A stretch of 63,723 nucleotides of DNA, filler included, from Octopus bimaculoides (GCF_001194135.2; 5 parts of 5 records of this genome joined end to end with filler, not necessarily neighbours in it); one strand, 5' to 3'; positions 34,844 to 48,923 are shown, numbered from the whole stretch's first letter. Numbers and translations: made by a program. Notes: generated by a model from the sequence alone, not told the origin.

Positions 34844-35650
34844 TATTAGAGGCACAGTGAAGATTTGTAAGACATTGCAAAGATTCTCCACCTTAGATTC
34901 TTTAAGTGAACAGATGCACACACTTGGGTGTGTGCATCGACAGCTCAACTAATGCACAGGCTCAACCAATACACCAGCTCAAACACATATTTACAAATAC
35001 CAGGAACTCTCCAAACTCAAAAAGTATCGTTGCTTTGTTAGCAACCAGCTCGAACTCTCTTAAGAACTTAAATTAAACTCAAAGAAAAATCATACATACA
35101 TGCACACATACATACATACATACATACATACATACATACATTCATACATACATATTTTCAATAATAATAAAGGGTAAAATTAATTAATAATTAATAATTT
35201 TACCAAGTAGTTCGGTATGTTAAAATAATCTTTATTGGTAACCTTATACAATAATTCTATAATTATAAGCATAATTATAATTAGGGTTCAGCAAATAGCT
35301 TCACCACATACCGAATTTAGAAATAGCAGTTAAATACTATTCCTCTGCCATAAGGTATCTCTCTGACAGCAATATATGTTCTTTGGATATTAGTTATTCA
35401 ATGTCACTTGGTCGAATGTGTATTTAATTATTGGTACTTTTAAATTTATATCTGGAATATTACATTGAAGAGGGAAATAAGTGAGTAAATATGAATTTTA
35501 CATCTCTTTAAGTGCCAGTCATCAAATATGGTTCAATTACGATTTTGATTTCACTTGCCCCAACAGGTCTTCGCAAGCAGAGTTTAATGTCCAATGAAGG
35601 AGAAGTTGGCATGAGTGCCAGTCATCGAATTTGGTTCGATTTCGATTTTA

Positions 35651-35685
<35 letters not shown>

Positions 35686-36130
35686 NNNNNNNNNNNNNNN
35701 NNNNNNNNNNNNNNNNNNNNNNNNNNNNNNNNNNNNNNNNATATTATCATCATCATCATCATCCTTTAACATCCATTTTCCATGTTGGCATAGGTTCAGC
35801 AATTTGACTAGAGCTGGCAAGCCGGAGAGCTGCATCAGGTTCCAGTCTGACCTGGCTTGGTTTCCACTGCTGGATGCTCCTTTTAATGCCAACCACTTTA
35901 CACTGTATGCTGGGCACTTTTAACATGGCACTGGCACAAGCTATTTTATGTGGCACCAGAACTAGTGCTTTTTATGTGACACTGGCACAGGACTCTTGCA
36001 GGCCAATCCTCTTAACCAGGTGATGCAGCTTTCACACTTCTGCTGTGGAGGACAGGTCTTCTTGAGTACAGCAACGCACCAGGTATTTCAGTCCTTTGTC
36101 ATATAGATAAATAGATAGATAACTAGATAA

Positions 36131-36163
<33 letters not shown>

Positions 36164-37504
36164 TAGATGGATAGATAGATAGATAGATAGAGCATCATCA
36201 TCATTCAATGTCCACTTTTCCATGATTACATGGGTCAGACAGAATTTGTTGAGGTAGATTTTCTATCATTGAATGCCTTATTTGTTACCGCTCCTCACCT
36301 ATTTCCAAGCATAGTAATCTTTCCCCATGGCCAGACGTTTTTGCAGAATACTGGGAATGAATGACACTACCTGTATGCTGGTGACATTCACAACTACTAC
36401 ACAATGCCAAGACAAAGAAACATACTCACACATGCTCACACACAAACACACATATACACTCACACACATATATACACTCACTCACACACACACACACCAC
36501 ACACACACACATACACACTTACTCACACACACACAGACACACATGCACACTTACTCTCTCTCTCTCTCGCTCTCACACACACATACACACACACACACAC
36601 ACACAATAGTCTTCTTTCAGCTTTTGTCTATCAAATCCTCTCACAAAGCTATAGCAGAAGACACCTGACTAAGATGTCACACACTGTAAGTGTCTTCTAC
36701 TGTAGACATAGAATGTTTTCACACTTCATTATAATATTATTTTATTTTGCACTTCATTATAACATTGTAATATTGATTTCAAATTTAGGCACAAGGCCAG
36801 CAATTCTGGGGAAGGGGATAAATCAATCAAATTGACCTCAGTGTTCAACTGGTACTTATTTTATCAAACTTGAAAGGATGAAAGGCAAAGTCGACCTCAG
36901 TGGGATCATTATAGTATTATAATATTAATTGTAGTTAATTACATCAAAATCAGTATATTATTATTAATAGTAATTATTTCTTTAACCTAGATGATGAAAA
37001 ACAGAATTAAGACTTATGTCAGATGACTACAAAAACATGAATCATTGAACTAAAATAAAACTAGTTTGACTGAATGTTATCTACACCAATCAATAGTTTA
37101 TCAAGCTAAATTTGTTTAACAATAACAATGTTATAAGGTTACACTTGTTGCAGTAAATGTAAACAATTTTTTATACTTAACTTAGTGTGAGATGATGTCA
37201 GCAGTTGGTAATGCGCGCACAGGCAGGGGACAATTGGGTCTTTTTCGATCGGCTTAGTCGAGAGTGCTGGACATGTGAGTGCTTCGACAAGGTGAAGGAC
37301 TGCAGCTCCTATTTTTAGTGTTTCAGGTTGGGCCACGTGGAACGGTATGTTACCACCGGAGAGGTCTGCGTCGACAAAGAGAAAGTAGGTGTCTTACCTC
37401 TAATCTCCTGCATTCACCACAAGCTATTTCAGCACTCTACATAAGACGTCACCACGATGGCAGCTAAAATTAAGATCGCCAGCGATGTTGTCAGACCATT
37501 TAAT

Positions 37505-37906
37505 GATTTTAGGGATAAAATTAGGATTAGGATCTTGAGTTCAATTTTAAGGTAAGAGCTGAGGGTTAGCATTTAATGTTAAGGTTTCGTGTTAGCATTT
37601 AGGATTACAATTTTCAGTTAGGGTAAGGGTTAGTTTAAACTGAAATAGAAAAGGGATTCAAAAGATTTTAGTTTTTGTGTACAAATTTTTACAGAGTTTA
37701 ACTTGCATGTGTTTGGAATATGGATATCAAACTATATTCTTAAAAGAAGAAAAATGAAAAGGTCTACAAAGTGTTCTTAGTCCAAAATATCATTGAGTGT
37801 TTTTTTTTCTTTGAAAATATTTACTATGAGTTAGATAATGAGCTTTGCAATGTTACTGTTAATTCTCTGAGTCATTAACTCGGGTAATGCCAGGTATTTC
37901 AGCTAG
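37505..37906 (+). mobile_element. Possible non-autonomous Helitron 3' part with degenerate TTAGGG-like hexamers
   Basis: actcgggtaatgccaggtatttcagctag|t matches the hairpin-CTAG end at 27663-27692; ttaggg/ttagga/ttagca hexamers at 37505-37640. Confidence 0.5.
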
Positions 37907-38589
37907 TATACAATATTCTATGAAAACATGACTGATCATGGTGAAACATTACCTTGCTTGGAAACAGGCGAGGGTTGGCAACAGGAAGGGCATCTAGCTG
38001 TAGAAAATCTGCCTCAATAAACTTTGTCACTTCCAGTGGATGTTAAAACAATGGTGATGATGATGATGATGGTGATGGTGATGATGATGACGATGACAAC
38101 AATGATGACAATGATGAGGTCGATGATGATAATGATGATGATGATGGGAGGAGGTGGTGGAAGATAAAGACAAAGTAAAGACAACTGTTGCACATACAAC
38201 ATTTGCAGTTTGTGAATATCAAAAATAAACTTTTGTGAATAAATATAACGTCTTGACAATCTTATCTATCAATCAAATGTCCATTGTTTTTCACGCTAGT
38301 TTGAAGTTGAAATGATGTGCTTAACATTCTGTTTCTATGCACCTCTCTCTGTGAGCTAACTACTCTATCCCAAATTTTCTAACTTCCCAGTACTAAATCT
38401 TCACTCACATCCATTCTATCTTTAATAACATTTAGTATCATCTCTCCAATCTCATTCTTTTCATATCTGCCTTCTTGTACATACTAGTTTGCTGCCTCTA
38501 TTTTATACACTAAATGCTTCTCACATCTAATTATCAAATAATGCATAACATAATTAATTCTATTATATTGAGGATAGTATTAACTATGA

Positions 38590-38971
38590 GTGGAGGCGCA
38601 ATGGCCCAGTGGTTAGGGCAGCGGACTCGCGGTCATAGGATCGCGGTTTCGATTCCCAGACCGGGCGTTGTGAGTATTTATTGAGCGAAAACACCTAAAG
38701 CTTCACGAGGCTCCGGCAGGGGATGGTGGCGCACCCTGTTGTACTCTTTCACCACAACTTTCTCTCACTCTTACTTCCTGTTTCTGTTGTGCCTGTAATT
38801 CAAAGGGTCAGCCTTGTCACACTGTGTCACGCTGAATATCCCCGAGAACTACGTTAAGGGTACACGTGTCTGTGGAGTGCTCAGCCACTTGCATGTTAAT
38901 TTCACGAGCAGGCTGTTCCATTGAGTGGATCAGCTGGAACCCTCAACGTCGTAAGCGACAGAGTGACAACA
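38590..38971 (+). mobile_element. Full-length tRNA-derived SINE with 14-bp TSD
   Basis: Box A TGGCCCAGTGG, box B GGTTTCGATTCC; TSD agtattaactatga at 38576-38589 and 38972-38985; related copies at ~28870-29060, 33500-33780 and 47847-48140. Confidence 0.92.
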
Positions 38972-39608
38972 AGTATTAACTATGAATTTAGGATTAATAT
39001 TTTACTCATAAGATTAATTTCAGTTTAGTACTAAATTCTTAAAATTGAGGTAAAATTTATTCTTAACAGGCTGTTATATATTTTTCTATAGTGATTCTTA
39101 TGATAACAGTGTAGCTATTACATGAATATAGTCTTGCTGTCATAGAGCATTTAATATATATTTTATAACAGCAAAGAGCTATATTAGCTGTATTATGATG
39201 GCAATGAAGCAAATTCTCATCACTTGTACTTTAAAAAAGTTTCTTACCCATTAGCATTCAAACAGGTCATATCCAGCCCAAATATTTAACTTCTTTTATG
39301 CTGAAACTGGCCTGATCTGAAAGAATGAAAACGGAATCAAGTCTGCTATATATCCTCCCCTCCACCTCCTCCTCATCATCTAGTGTCTGTTTCTCATGGT
39401 AGCATGGGTAAGCTGGTTTGACTGGGGCTGGTAAGCTAGAGAGCTGCACCAGTCTCCAGTCTGTTTTGGCTTGATTTCTACTGCTGGGTGTCTTTCCAAA
39501 CACCAATCACTTGTCATCACCTAAGTGAGACTCAACATTCAAAGAATATACTTCACCATCTCATCCCATACATACATGTGTGTGTATGTGTGTGTGTGTG
39601 TGTGTGTG

Positions 39609-39937
39609 TGGAAATTTTTTGTTACTATTTATTCTCTGTTACATGTTTTATTTGATAATAGGAATTACACAGATTTACATGTAAAGAATTTTCTATTAGA
39701 AAATCATCAGATAGAGAAAAAATTTTATAATACTTTTATACTTTTAATATTTTATACTTTTGATATTTTTATAATACTTTTATAATTTTATAATTTTTAT
39801 AACAAAAATTTTCTCTATCTGATGATTTTGTTATAGGAATTTCCTTACCTGTCTATATAACATGTAAACTTTTGTAATCTCTATTAACAAATGAAACATA
39901 TGTAATGGAGGATAAATAATACCAAAAAAGATTTCCA
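39609..39937. repeat. AT-rich foldback/palindromic element (~330 bp)
   Basis: Perfect 21-bp inverted repeat 39700-39720/39809-39829; arms extend imperfectly to tggaaat/atttcca. Confidence 0.8.
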
Positions 39938-41688
39938 TTTTCTTGTTTAGTTATTCAACAATTCTGCAAATAATATTTCCATAATTCTCAATTTTAATGC
40001 GTGTTTTGATTGACAGACACCAACTATGGGTAGAATGATTGTGGTAATGGAATAAGCAGATGTGCTTCATGAGGAAACAGCTGGGATATTGGTTACGGTG
40101 GTTGGGTAGTATAAATAGTAAAGCACTACACTAAGTAACTTATATTTGCTTTTTATTTGTCTATATTCTGAGTTCATATCTTAGTGGTAGTGGTGGTAAC
40201 TGTACTTTTAATTCCTATAAAGGTCATATATAATTAGTACCAGTAATATACTTGTGATGATTTAATTAATTATACCACTGCCCTATAAACTATGCTTGAA
40301 CTATTGTTCAGGTGAGTATCACAGAGTTCCTGGTGAACAGACTCCATAGCAAAATTGATCCCCATTTGAAATAGTTTCATTTCATTCAGTTAAACCTTTA
40401 ATGTATTTGAGAAATGCATAAATGCTACTGTAACACTACATTAAAAAAATAAGGTTTTGGGGTTCAAACCTAGCCAAAAGAAACTTTCGGTTTTTTCTTA
40501 TTACTTCTTCGTCTTCATCATCACTGTTGTTAAAACCACTACCACCACCACCTATCCTACCACTATTGTTGGCAGCTTCCGTCCTTATGTTATCATCATT
40601 GTTCATATTAATAGCATCCTCACCCATTAACACCATTATTATTATTATCATTTGCAGTAGCAGCAACAGCAACAGTTTGAGTCAGTGCATCCTTACTTGT
40701 TTTCAGTGTCCCATTTTTAGATGATATTTCTGCTGTATCAAGTTTCACCTTCAGTTGTCTCTGCCTTCCAGCAATTCTTTCAGAACCCTACTTTCTCTTG
40801 TTTTTTTGGGGTGTAGTTTAGTATTTAGGAAGTTTCAAATTATGTATCTCCTTTCTCTGTCCTAACAAACTATTAAACTGTCACATGTGATAGCTACATC
40901 AAAAAATGACTGGAGAAAACAGTCCAGGGATGCCTGCTGCATGAAACCTTAATAGTATAGTAGGCACTAAGATTCTTGACATGCCAAGTCAAGAAATTTT
41001 AATTAAAACCTCTTGGTTCATCAATAACCAAGTTAGTAGTGCTTCTTAATTAAATTAAAATTTCTTGATTCATTATACAAAACATGCTAACATCCTTTTA
41101 AATTACATCAGTATTTCTGTCACATTACTAAAATACTTCAAACAACTTTCACTCCCTTTCTCTCTCCCTTTATTTCTCTCTTTTTCTTGCCCTCTACTAC
41201 TCTTCTCTGTTCACCTCTAACTATCCAGTTTATTTTTCTCCCTTCTACATTTTACCCTATTGCTAGCTCTAATGTGTTATTGAAAACATGGTCTTAAGGA
41301 CATTAGATTTTTTAAAAAATCATTCCAAGTTGAACATCATAGGAGATAAAAAATAGTTTATTTTCTAATCATGTTTTATTAAATCATCACAAATGGGAGA
41401 TAGCAATAGTCTTTACTAACCAACTCCTTAGAGTAGTGGTTCTTAATCATTTTGACTTTGTGGGTTACTGGAAACTAAAAAATTATTTTGGATGTAAAGT
41501 TTAAAAAAACAAACTGTGTCAAAGTTTAAAATTTAGAAAAAATATAGAAGACTATTGTTTACCTTTTTTCTTTGATGATATTTGATATAATAAAATTATG
41601 AATAACATGTTTTTCAAGAAACAGGAGCACTGATATGGATTTTATAAAGCCTTAAAAATATTTTTCAAAATCTGCAGTGCATCTAGAT

Positions 41689-42440
41689 CAGTGGTTCTTT
41701 ACCTTATTGAAAGAACTGAACTTTGAAGTTTCATCAAGGCATTCACTGAACCCTTTGTAACTGGAAAAATAAAATATGATTTCTTCTTCAAAACATAGGT
41801 ATATATTTTTATTGGTGTACAAAGTGAACCGTGCATCAGTTGCACACAAAATCCCTGTGTTCAAAGAACAAAACCAATAAAACATGAATTTCACACAAAA
41901 ACATAACTCAATGAATATTTACTGAAAATAAATATGACTTTTGCTGTTGCCTTTCAGGTACAAGTTCAGAAATGTATGGCTTCACCTTGGCAAGTGCCAC
42001 TATCATCTCATTTTCACAACAAAGTCTGTTCCTTTTCTTAGTTTTCATGTCTACTATCCTCGAAAAGGATTGCTTGCAAAGGTATGTTATAACAAACAGT
42101 GTATCTCAAGGGCTTTCTTAGCCATAAGAGGGTTTGGTATGATTTGGTGACACCAAAACGTTGACAGTGTTGTTGTTCTGAAGAGTTGCTGTTGAAGCTG
42201 GCTCTGCTGAAGTCCAATGATTTCATTAAAGTATTCATCATTGACATTTGCTGTCGCAACACTAAACATGAATGGTTGTCTCACCCATGTTGGATATGAC
42301 TCTCTAGTGGGGAAGTATCCATTGAGAAACTTTGTGAGCTTATCTAAGTGCATGGCAATTGCTTGCTTCAGCTGCAGGTACAGAAATGTTTCCAATTCCA
42401 GACATGTCTTCATTGCTGTTCTTATATGTTCTTCACATGT
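41689..42440 (-). mobile_element. hAT (Buster/Charlie-like) transposon 3' part
   Basis: TLSTFWC...PLMAKKALEI and, after a frameshift, YLCKQSFSRIVDMKTKKRNRL (hAT dimerisation domain); terminus CAGTGGTTCT preceded by 8-bp atcTAgat. Confidence 0.82.
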
Positions 42441-43079
42441 GCATACATCTATGCTTACACATACATTTGTTCTCATGACAGCCTGTCTATTATTTTGTAT
42501 ACATGACCCACACACAGACACACATGTTTACATATCAGTAAATCTTCTCTTAACCATTCTACTTGTCTGTGTCTCCTTTTTCTCTCAGGCACTATTCATT
42601 TTATATTTATTGTATCGACTGTGTGATGTACTGAAGAGCCATTCTCATCACCTCACATTACACAGCCATTACAGACCTTAATACTTATTTTTTGTTAAGC
42701 CTAGTATTCTATTGGTTTCTTTTTTGCTGAACTGCTAAGTTACATGAATGTAAACACACCAACAGTGGTTGTCAAGTGGTGGTGGAGGACTGACACAGAC
42801 ACAAAGACCCGCCCCCCCCACATATATATACACATATACATATGAATACACACACACAAATGATTTCTTTCAGTTTTCATCTACCAAATCCACTCACAAG
42901 GCTTTGGTCAGCCAAAGCTGTAGCAAAAGACACTTGTCCAAGGTGCCATGCAGTGAGACTGAACCCAGAACCATGTGGTTGGGAAGCATGCTTCTCACCA
43001 CACAGCTGCAAGGATATTGAAAAGATCATGTCAACTCTATGAGCTTTATTCAAACATGCTAAACCTATTAGCTTCTGTT

Positions 43080-43440
43080 ATATTTGGCATTCATGCCAGA
43101 CTCTTCAATAGAACTCTCCTACCTGCACACTTATAGACAAGAACATTGATCGGTTACAATGCAAAGAACCATGTAAAGATCCATTCTAGGAATGTCATTA
43201 CAAGAACATATCTGGAATTAGATAATTTAAGAACAGGCCAGAGTAAACGATGTCATCACAGAGTGCCAAAAGCATAAGTTCTGCTTGGCTGGACATGTCA
43301 CAAGACAAGTGGACCTGTGCAGTTGCTGAGTATTATCCAAGAGATTGGAAAAGGCTACTATGAAGGTCTCCTCAATTTGGATTGAGATGGAAAAGAATGG
43401 CACAGTTAAGAACAGATAGGAAGTGCATTGTTACCAGCAG
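43080..43440 (+). mobile_element. RTE-clade LINE 3' fossil
   Basis: Fragments SILGMSLQEHI, VNDVITECQKHKFCLAGHVT and WTCAVAEYYPRDWKR. Confidence 0.7.
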
Positions 43441-45109
43441 TGTATAACATCTGATAGTCTGGTTGATACAGTGACACTGAACTGATAACAGACTAAATAT
43501 ATTCCTAGTTGTGTGAGCTGGAAGGAGCTAATGCTATTGAGGAAGGATGTGAATAGATGGGAAATAGTTGGTCCTTTTGAGCCCATGATACTGCTAGTTT
43601 GCACTTATCCTTGATACTGTCACTGAACCTACACAAACATGAGCAATTCTTGGCAGTTCTATTAGTGATAACTTCTGCCTTATGTAATACATCATAGAAA
43701 AAGTAAAGAGAGAATCTGGTTTCAGTGGGCTCTAATCAGCTTATATTTATTGAAAGTGTTCACTTGGGTTAAACGTTGATTTCTAGCAGCTGTCATAGTT
43801 GTAGCTCATTTCAATCTGATCTTCAGACAGTGAATTTTTGCATTATGCAGCAACATCTACTTGATGGTCAGGGCGAATGGCCATATATTAGCAAAGTTCA
43901 ACTTTGCCTTCCATCCTTTTAAGATTGATAAAATGAAGACATGCAATGCTAGGCTTAAACTAAGCTATAATACAAATATGTTCATTGTGCATGGCAGAAT
44001 TAAGATGCCTCACTAATTTCAACATTTTTAGAATGTAAGGTTTTGATCTGTAACTGGGAGATTCCAAGATATTTCAGTATCAAATGGGACAAATTGGTTT
44101 TACTGGACATGACACTAGGACAAACACTTTGAAACTGGGACTGTCCTGAACAAACTGGGACATATAGCAATCTTGTCTTATATTGATGTTAGAAACTAAA
44201 TACTTTCTTTTACTATAAACACAAAACATGAACTCTTTTAGGGGAAAGGAGTATCAATTACATTGACCCCAGTGCTCAACTAGTACTTATTTCATTGACT
44301 CCAGAGTTCAACTGGAACTTATTTCATTTCTGAAAGGATGAAAGGCAAAGTTGGTCTCAACAGAATTTGAACTCAGATATTAGAGACAGACAAAATGCCA
44401 CTAAGCATTTTGCCTGGCATGCTAACAATTCAACCAGCTTGCTGTCTTATTGTTAGAAATTAATATTAAAAGTGGCTACAAGATAGCAAAATCATCAGTC
44501 TCTCTGAATTTATTTGTGTCCTTTTGCATACTAACTCCTTTTCCTCCTGGGGTCATCTCTTTCATAGGGATATGAAGAGATATAAGTCAAGTACTGATGT
44601 AGAACTAACCACCTACACATATCCATCAAGTTTTTTGTTCTTTACCCTTAATTAAAAATCATTATTAAAAGTAGATGGTCATCAGAAATGACATAATGCC
44701 AGGTAAAATATTTTTGTGATATTTAGTTACCATCCTATTAGTCATGAGTTCAAATATCACTGGGTTGATTTTGTTTTCCAAGTTGATGAAATAAATATCC
44801 AAAAATTTTTTTATCTTGTGTCAATGAAAGAAATCATTTTTGTCATGGTCTAAAGTGAAAATTAATAATACATTTTTGCCTTATAATTACGTAGTGAAAT
44901 TTGAAATTGATAAGGCATTGAAACAGTCTGAAATTTTTGTTTTTTTATTTTGTATTACAGAACTGAAAACTTCATGGAATGAGAAAGAGAGTAAAAATTT
45001 TTAAATTCACACAAAAATTCAACCTTAGAGGTGCCAGTCAAACCTCCATGGGATGTAATAACAATTTCTGATTTAGGCACAAGGCCAGAAATTTTAGAAG
45101 GAAAGTATA

Positions 45110-45423
45110 AGTCGATATCATGAATTCCAAACGTCCGAACCACTTGTATACTTGTGTGCGCGTCATACACTTTCTGCAACTTTGTGTAGGCCTCTGAGCA
45201 GGTATCGCCATGACAACTTTCTCTGTCATGGTCAATACAACGATCACGCACTACACACCTTCCTTCCAAGCACTGCTGTAAATAGCGGAAGTGAGCTAGA
45301 ACGTTAAACCTTAGTGCGCATGCACAGCAGAGTTCAAGGTCAATCTGTACCAAGCAGCTTTACTCTGCGTGCTTTTGCTTCGTTGCTATGGCAACAGTCC
45401 GGATACTTATTGATCAGACCTAG
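45110..45423 (-). mobile_element. Mariner 5' end (TIR plus HTH start)
   Basis: TIR ta|ctaggtctgatcaataagtatccggact; GDTCSEAYTKLQKVY and MTRTQVYKWFGR. Confidence 0.8.
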
Positions 45424-48199
45424 TATGTATGTGTATACATGCATGCATGAATGCATGTTTGGGTGTATGTATGTATGTATGCATGAATGAATGTATGTAT
45501 GTATGCATGCATGCATGTGTCTACGTATGTATGCGTGCATGTATTTACATGTTTAATGGAATGGGCCACGCCACACATGCATGTATTTATGAGGATGTGT
45601 TTGTCTCTCCACCATAGCTTGACAATCGGCGTTGGTTTGTTTACATCCCGTTACCTAACAGCTCCGCAAAAGAGACTGATAGAATAAGCACCAGATTTAG
45701 AAACAAAAATTAGTAGAAATCGATTTTTTAGCAGCTTAATGACTGAAACGTGTAAAAAATAAAAATAAGATATACAAGTATTGTAAAAATAGAAAATTTG
45801 GTAATAAATTACAAAACAAGTTGTAATAAAGTATCAGCCAGTTCCAGAAAATTAACTTAATAATAGACCCGGAATAGTCTAATTAAATAAAATCTTTGAC
45901 AGTCGTGACGATTACATAGATATATTTTCTAATAATAATAATAATAATCATTAATAAATAAAGAAAGAAAACACCGCAGCGTCTTCTCAAGGCAAAATAC
46001 TGCGTAAATGCAAACAAAGGGACATAATTCACATTGACTAAGGGGCATGATTCTCGACATCAAATATAAAACCTGTACATCAGTCAAGGATGTTCTCAGC
46101 TTATGTTTACCTGTCACGTAGCGATACCTTAAAAAGTAATGCTTTTATCTACATCTCCTATGTCTTTATATATGTTTTAGTTGAAGTTGTAAAATTTCAG
46201 ATAACTATATTCGATGATCTATAATTTTTTTTTATTATGATTTAAAAAAAAAATATTTGTTTCTTATTGTTGTTTATTTCTACATGTAATTACTGATATT
46301 TTCAACGAAGAGGTATTTGTTATTTACGATCATGAAGAAAAAGATAGTTCAAATGTAAAAGATATAAAAAGTCAGTGTTTAGAAATTTGTTGTACTTTAT
46401 GCTTTATCGAGTTACCTGTGCTAAAAAGCATACAAAGCACCTGTTGTTAAGAACTAAATAATATCGAGCCAACAAGGGAGCCTCTAGACGGAAGATTGAC
46501 CAGCTAGAAATGGCAACGAAATCTCCTAAATCCTTTCGCTTTGATAAAATAAAGGACGCATCTGATAATGTAGTCATGCATACTGCCAAAAGGAGACAAT
46601 AGTGGCTGCTCCATTTTAATCAAAGGTTAGATCTGACCTGATCGAGCAGACCAGCCGAATCGAACTAATCGAAATGTTCTATATGTATCATTGTTGACAA
46701 ACGTCAGTTCATTCACACACGGCTCTAACTCCCATTTTTGCGCTTAAAAACAAGTAGTATAATTTATCCTCTTTTCTTTTTTATGCTGGACTATAATGGT
46801 AACCCATGCCTCCAATGTTGACCCTGATTTTTTATACTGAATTGACCTGCGTTATGCGCGTGTAAATAAGGTAATGTGTGTGAGTGTGCGTGCGTGCATT
46901 GGTGTGTGTATTGCGGTTTACATGATTTTTTAATGGGGCAACGATTCTAATTCTATTTTCGTTCTTTTCAGTTGTTACTATTGTTTAGCCCCTAGTCAGC
47001 CTTGATCAACCACCCCTTCGTTTTCTTATGTGCTGGGAACTCAAGATCACACTGTCCCTCTCGTTTTTTTCTAAGCCGGTTAGGTGTGATTAGAAGGGAT
47101 TCAACTGCTATCTCTAACAAGATGAACTACCTTAGAGAAAGCTCTCTCCTTGGCTTGCTGCCTTCATTTTTGTAAGTTTGGTAGTACAACGAAACATGAC
47201 TGTTTTCCTTTTCAAACAAATTTATTCCTATCTTTACATCTCAAGTGTTTACTACTCAATTTTAAAATCTAAACAAAAACTTTTTCCTTATCCACTTAAA
47301 TTCAGTTAATTAATAAGAATTGTTATCTCGAAAACCAGGCCTCGACTTTCGGTTACAAACTCAAATCAACAAAGAAGCAAAGAATATATTCGACTGCTTA
47401 CGAATTATATGTTGTATTAACGACAAAAATTAAAAGAAAAAAATATATTTTTGTTATTTCCACATCTCGGTACTTTTCAAATGCTTGTTTAGGTTAGAAG
47501 ATATGAAATAATAGCGTTATCATTTTTTTTTAGATATTTTTCTTATATTTAATTTGCATTCAGGTAGGGGCAATAAATAAATAAATAAATAGAAATAAAA
47601 AAGTAACTCTTTCCACGACATTAATAACACACACAAAGCTGCGATAATCCTCTTGTGAAAAATAATACTGTGAATCATACTATCTCTCCATTTAATCATT
47701 TAATACATGTAAAATAGTAATTAACTGAATGAAAAGAACAAACATGTCACCTTTTTGCTCAAGTAGAAAATCCACAGGCACTAACTTTTTAGTAGTAGTA
47801 GTAGTTATGATAGATTAAACGGAACAGCCTACTACATGTGGAGGTGCAGTGGCCCAATGGTTAGGGCAGCAGAATCGCGGTTTCGATTCCCAGACCGAGT
47901 GTTGTGAGTGTTTATTGAGTGAAAACACCTAAAGCTCCACGAGGCTCCGGCAGGGGGTCGTGGCGAACCCTGCTGTACTCTTTCACTATTCTTTCTTCCT
48001 GTTTCTGATGTACTTGTATTTCAAAGGGCCAGTCTTGTCACACTCTACTTCACGCTTACACGTGTATGTGGAGTGCTCAGCCACTTGCACGTTAATTTCG
48101 CGAGCAGGCTGTTCCGTTGATCGGATCAACTGGAAACTTCGCCGAGGTTGACTTCTGCTTTCATCTTTCTGAAGGCACGGGCCCTGGCTTGGATTAATA

Positions 48200-48470
48200 T
48201 CCCCTCGGGGTTATCCAGAAGTGATGGAAAGCGACCAGATAGTCTGGGAGGGTTACTGCTTCCGTAGCCGAACGGAAAAAAACCCACTGAAGTATCGGGA
48301 CCTTACAGTGAACTAACCGCGAAGTTCTTGTCATCGTTAGCAGCTCGCCTCACCGAGGTGTCAGGTGATGCCTCCGAGGGCGCTTGGCTTTCCCAACGCC
48401 TTAGCCTCTCCCGTGTCACATTGACTAAGGGGCGTACTGGCTTGCTTCAGTAGGTTCCGTTAAACCGTGT
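48200..48470 (+). mobile_element. CRE-clade LINE C-terminal fragment
   Basis: AERKK..KYRDLT and LAARLTEVSGDASEGAWLSQRLSL resemble the CRE end (GDxRExxWLFQRLSxAxxRGNA). Confidence 0.65.
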
Positions 48471-48701
48471 GGTGTGCGACCAGTTGTTGTTATAAGAATA
48501 AAAAAAAATTCCCCACAAATGGTTTCAATACAGTTTTAACTGAGAGATTTGGAAAAGTTAGATGAAAGTTTCCCGGTAATTTTCTTTCATATAAATAAAT
48601 TCTTTTATTCTTTTACTTGTTTCAGTCAATTGATTGTGGCCTTGCTGGAGCACCGCCTTTAGCCGAACACATCTACCTAAGAACTTATTCTTTGTAAGCT
48701 T

Positions 48702-48923
48702 TGTTAAGCTATACACAAACAAACTAGTGGAGACGAGAATATATTTACAAAAGGTTTATTACTTTACGTATATCAGGGCTTAAGTCGCCAGTTATTTCTG
48801 TTTAGTTAATTCAGATTCATTTAACGCTCACTGCTAACATTATTTTATTTCCCTTCTCTCTCCGGAAGTCGAACTCCCTAGCGCGCCCGCATTGAAGTTC
48901 GTCTGTCATAAATCTTGCCTACA
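48702..48923 (-). mobile_element. Candidate solo LTR (222 bp) nested in a SINE
   Basis: TGT...ACA termini; splits the SINE motif gtaagc|ctagtac; AATAAA on the minus strand; no clean TSD. Confidence 0.5.

Noticed and set aside
38592-38665. tRNA gene
   Set aside because: A/B boxes continue into a ~380-bp SINE body with TSD and multiple copies
44908-44935. UUGAUAA...GAAACAGUC
   Set aside because: Stem II and stem I cannot form; a chance match in AT-rich DNA
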